DNA of 64,000 nt from Macrostomum lignano (lineage: Eukaryota). The stretch covers positions 124,001 to 188,000 of the forward strand of contig NIVC01002079.1 of the NCBI GenBank assembly GCA_002269645.1. The letters run 5' to 3'. The translations under genes and the position numbers were made by a program. How positions within the stretch are numbered: position 1 is the first letter of the stretch; every line of letters begins with the position of its first letter. This document shows positions 61,165-64,000 of the stretch, piece after piece. The notes beneath the pieces are model-generated. The model was not told the DNA's origin. It made no database searches and was given only the letters and a program-made list of their open reading frames with translations.

Positions 61165-62245
61165 GCCCCAACACTGTCACCCCAACACTGTCACCCCAAC
61201 ACTGTCACCCCAACACTGTCACCCCAACACTGTCACCCCAACACTGTCACCCCAACACTGTCACCCCAACACTGTCACCCCAACACTGTCACCCCAACAC
61301 TGTCACCCCAACACTGTCACCCCAACACTGTCACCCCAACACTGTCACCCCAACACTGTCACCCCAACACTGTCACCCCAACACTGTCACCCCAACACTG
61401 TCACCCCAACACTGTCACCCCAACACTGTCACCCCAACACTGTCACCCCAACACTGTCACCCCAACACTGTCACCCCAACACTGTCACCCCAACACTGTC
61501 ACCCCAACACTGTCACCCCAACACTGTCACCCCAACACTGTCACCCCAACACTGTCACCCCAACACTGTCACCCCAACACTGTCACCCCAACACTGTCAC
61601 CCCAACACTGTCACCCCAACACTGTCACCCCAACACTGTCACCCCAACACCGTCACCCCAACACTGTCACCCCAACACTGTCACCCCAACACCGTCACCC
61701 CAACACCGTCACCCCAACACCGTCACCCCAACACTGTCACCCCAACACTGTCACCCCAACACTGTCACCCCAACACTGTCACCCCAACACTGTCACTCCA
61801 ACACTGTCACCCCAACACTGTCACCCCAACACTGTCACCCCAACACTGTCACCCCAACACTGTCACCCCAACACCGTCACCCCAACACCGTCACCCCAAC
61901 ACTGTCACCCCAACACTGTCACCCCAACACTGTCACCCCAACACTGTCACCCCAACACTGTCACCCCAACACTGTCACCCCAACACTGTCACCCCAACAC
62001 TGTCACCCCAACACTGTCACCCCAACACTGTCACCCCAACACTGTCACCCCAACACTGTCACCCCAACACCGTCACCCCAACACCGTCACCCCAACACCG
62101 TCACCCCAACACTGTCACCCCAACACTGTCACCCCAACACTGTCAACCCAACACTGTCACCCCAACACTGTCACCCCAACACTGTCACCCCAACACTGTC
62201 ACCCCAACACTGTCAACCCAACACTGTCACCCCAACACTGTCACC
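61165..62245. repeat. 14-bp minisatellite (CCCCAACACTGTCA)n in the junctophilin intron
   Basis: Visible array. Confidence 0.98.
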
Positions 62246-64000
62246 CGAGAACCCACTGCCAAGTGTGCAACCCATTGAACTCCGCTACAAGCAAGCACCG
62301 GCTATGCAGAGGCAGTTGTTGAGCTGGAGCGCTGTCAATGCAAAAAATCGATATCCAGTCCATTACGCCAGGCAAACAAAGCCTCGCAACAAAAGCTTCA
62401 TAACGCAAACTCATTGATTAACACTTGATTAACACCAGCGCACCAGCTCGCTATGAAATATTTGCCCCTCTAATTTTACAGTCCACAATGCGAGCAGATT
62501 CGATTTAAACTTAAAAAAACTGCATCGCATCGCATGCTATCGATAAGTGCGAGCTTAGTTATTCAGGTTAATGCGTGCTGCTGTTGCTATGGCAAGTGCT
62601 GCAAGCATGGGATAAAGTATGTATGCTTGGTCACTGGGGGAAGGGGGAAGGGAGAAGGAATCGAGGCGGGAGAGCAGTGCAGCTCTTCAATCCTGTTTTA
62701 TTAACCACACAGCGGAACTGAATCAGCGGGCTCGGCTATGGAAGGAGCGGCTGAAGCCGAGCTCACCGTCAATTAGCAGGCGGTCTTGAGAGCAAAGAAA
62801 GACAAGGATAGACAGAGATAGGAGAGATGCGGCAAAGGAGGCTGCAGAAGGGAGGGAAGAGATTTTGCTTCCCAATTTTATCCTGGGGGACGGACAGGCA
62901 GGCATGCTATGGAGGTGTTTGGCTGAGCACCGGGCTCTGATGCAGATGAGGGACGCATGCTGTAGTGACGCCATCACATTTGAGACGCATTAAATATTGT
63001 CGCGTTCTGAAAAGAGCGGAGAAGAGCACTGCAATTATAAGAATTGAGAAAGCCGAGAGATGCTGACAGCCCAAATTTGGCAATCAGCGATAAAATTGGG
63101 CTGAGGAAAATTGATGTGGAACAGCTGTGATTTCGGCCGCCCATGTTGCTCGACGTTTTTTTCGGCGGCCTCGGGCTGGAGCCCTGGTTATCTGAGATGT
63201 TGTTTTGAAAGGGGCGAGAGGACGGGATTGATAAAAGACGGAGAGTAGGGTGCGACACAGAGCCGCTTTCAGTTGCTTTGCATTCGGAAGAGAAGCAGAA
63301 GTGAGAGGTCGGGAATTTAGGAAATGCGAGTAGGAGAGGCAGGTCGGACGAGAGCTTGCCGGGAAAGTGTGAAGCACTGCTAAAGGAAACTTGGAGAGTT
63401 GCTAGGGGGGATATTGGAAAGCAGAGGGCAAAAGAAGGCGTGCAGATCTGTGGCACGAAATTCAAACCAAAAAGATATCCAAGGATCTTTCTGACCGACC
63501 GAGTTTTTAGCTTTCCTGGGCGGACTAAAGGTGACTGCGCCTGTCTCAGGGAATGCACTTTTGGATATTCGCCCGCAGCCCTAAGTTTTTGTGCGGCAGT
63601 TTTTGGGAAACCAACCGAATAGCGCTACCCGTTTCTAAGACTGTTCGGCAGTCTGACACTGGGGGAAAGATATGAGACAGAATCCCCTGAAGTTTCATCA
63701 ATAATTTTAGCTATATATAGTTTCTCGCAAAAATCTTGTCGAGTCGCCGTCTTGCCACCGCAGCCGACCCTGTGCGCTCTCTGGCCTGCTCTGCTATCGA
63801 CAGTCACCAAGCTGGTGGTCTAATTAAATTCCTGGACTCTGGCTACTAGACTTCCTAGTGTACTCAAAAAGGTTCCCAGGGGAGTCTGCAGTCTCCCTGT
63901 CTCGCTGAGTGACAAAGCTTCATACTTTTGCTGCTGCTGCAGCCTCCCAGAGATCATACCGTCTTGCGGTGAAATTGGAAAAATTCTCCCCCACACAGTG

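Overview
Animal genomic DNA; no prokaryotic features. The GC-rich exons, introns packed with locus-specific minisatellites, and AG acceptors just upstream of start codons suggest a Macrostomum-like flatworm, but this is inference only. Recognisable genes: VWA5A-like (VIT+VWA), a frameshifted C-type-lectin gene, 4E-T/EIF4ENIF1, a PTP1B/TC-PTP-like phosphatase, a small tail-anchored protein, two tandem carbonyl reductases, a degenerate calmodulin-like protein, AF10/MLLT10, a compact ZMYND8-like protein and junctophilin exon 1. There is a nest of DNA-transposon relics at 1.1-4.5 kb, a mariner relic, several tRNA-derived SINEs and about 20 tandem arrays. The most notable signal is an AT-rich island at about 20.8-25.7 kb. 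Its 2.6-kb core has only 2 CpG by manual count. It holds a SINE copy differing from an intact copy at 60 kb almost only by C->T and G->A changes (33 of 35 substitutions, both strands, mostly CpA context). This resembles fungal repeat-induced point mutation (RIP), which I do not know to be described in animals. All counts and alignments were done by eye and repeat boundaries are approximate.
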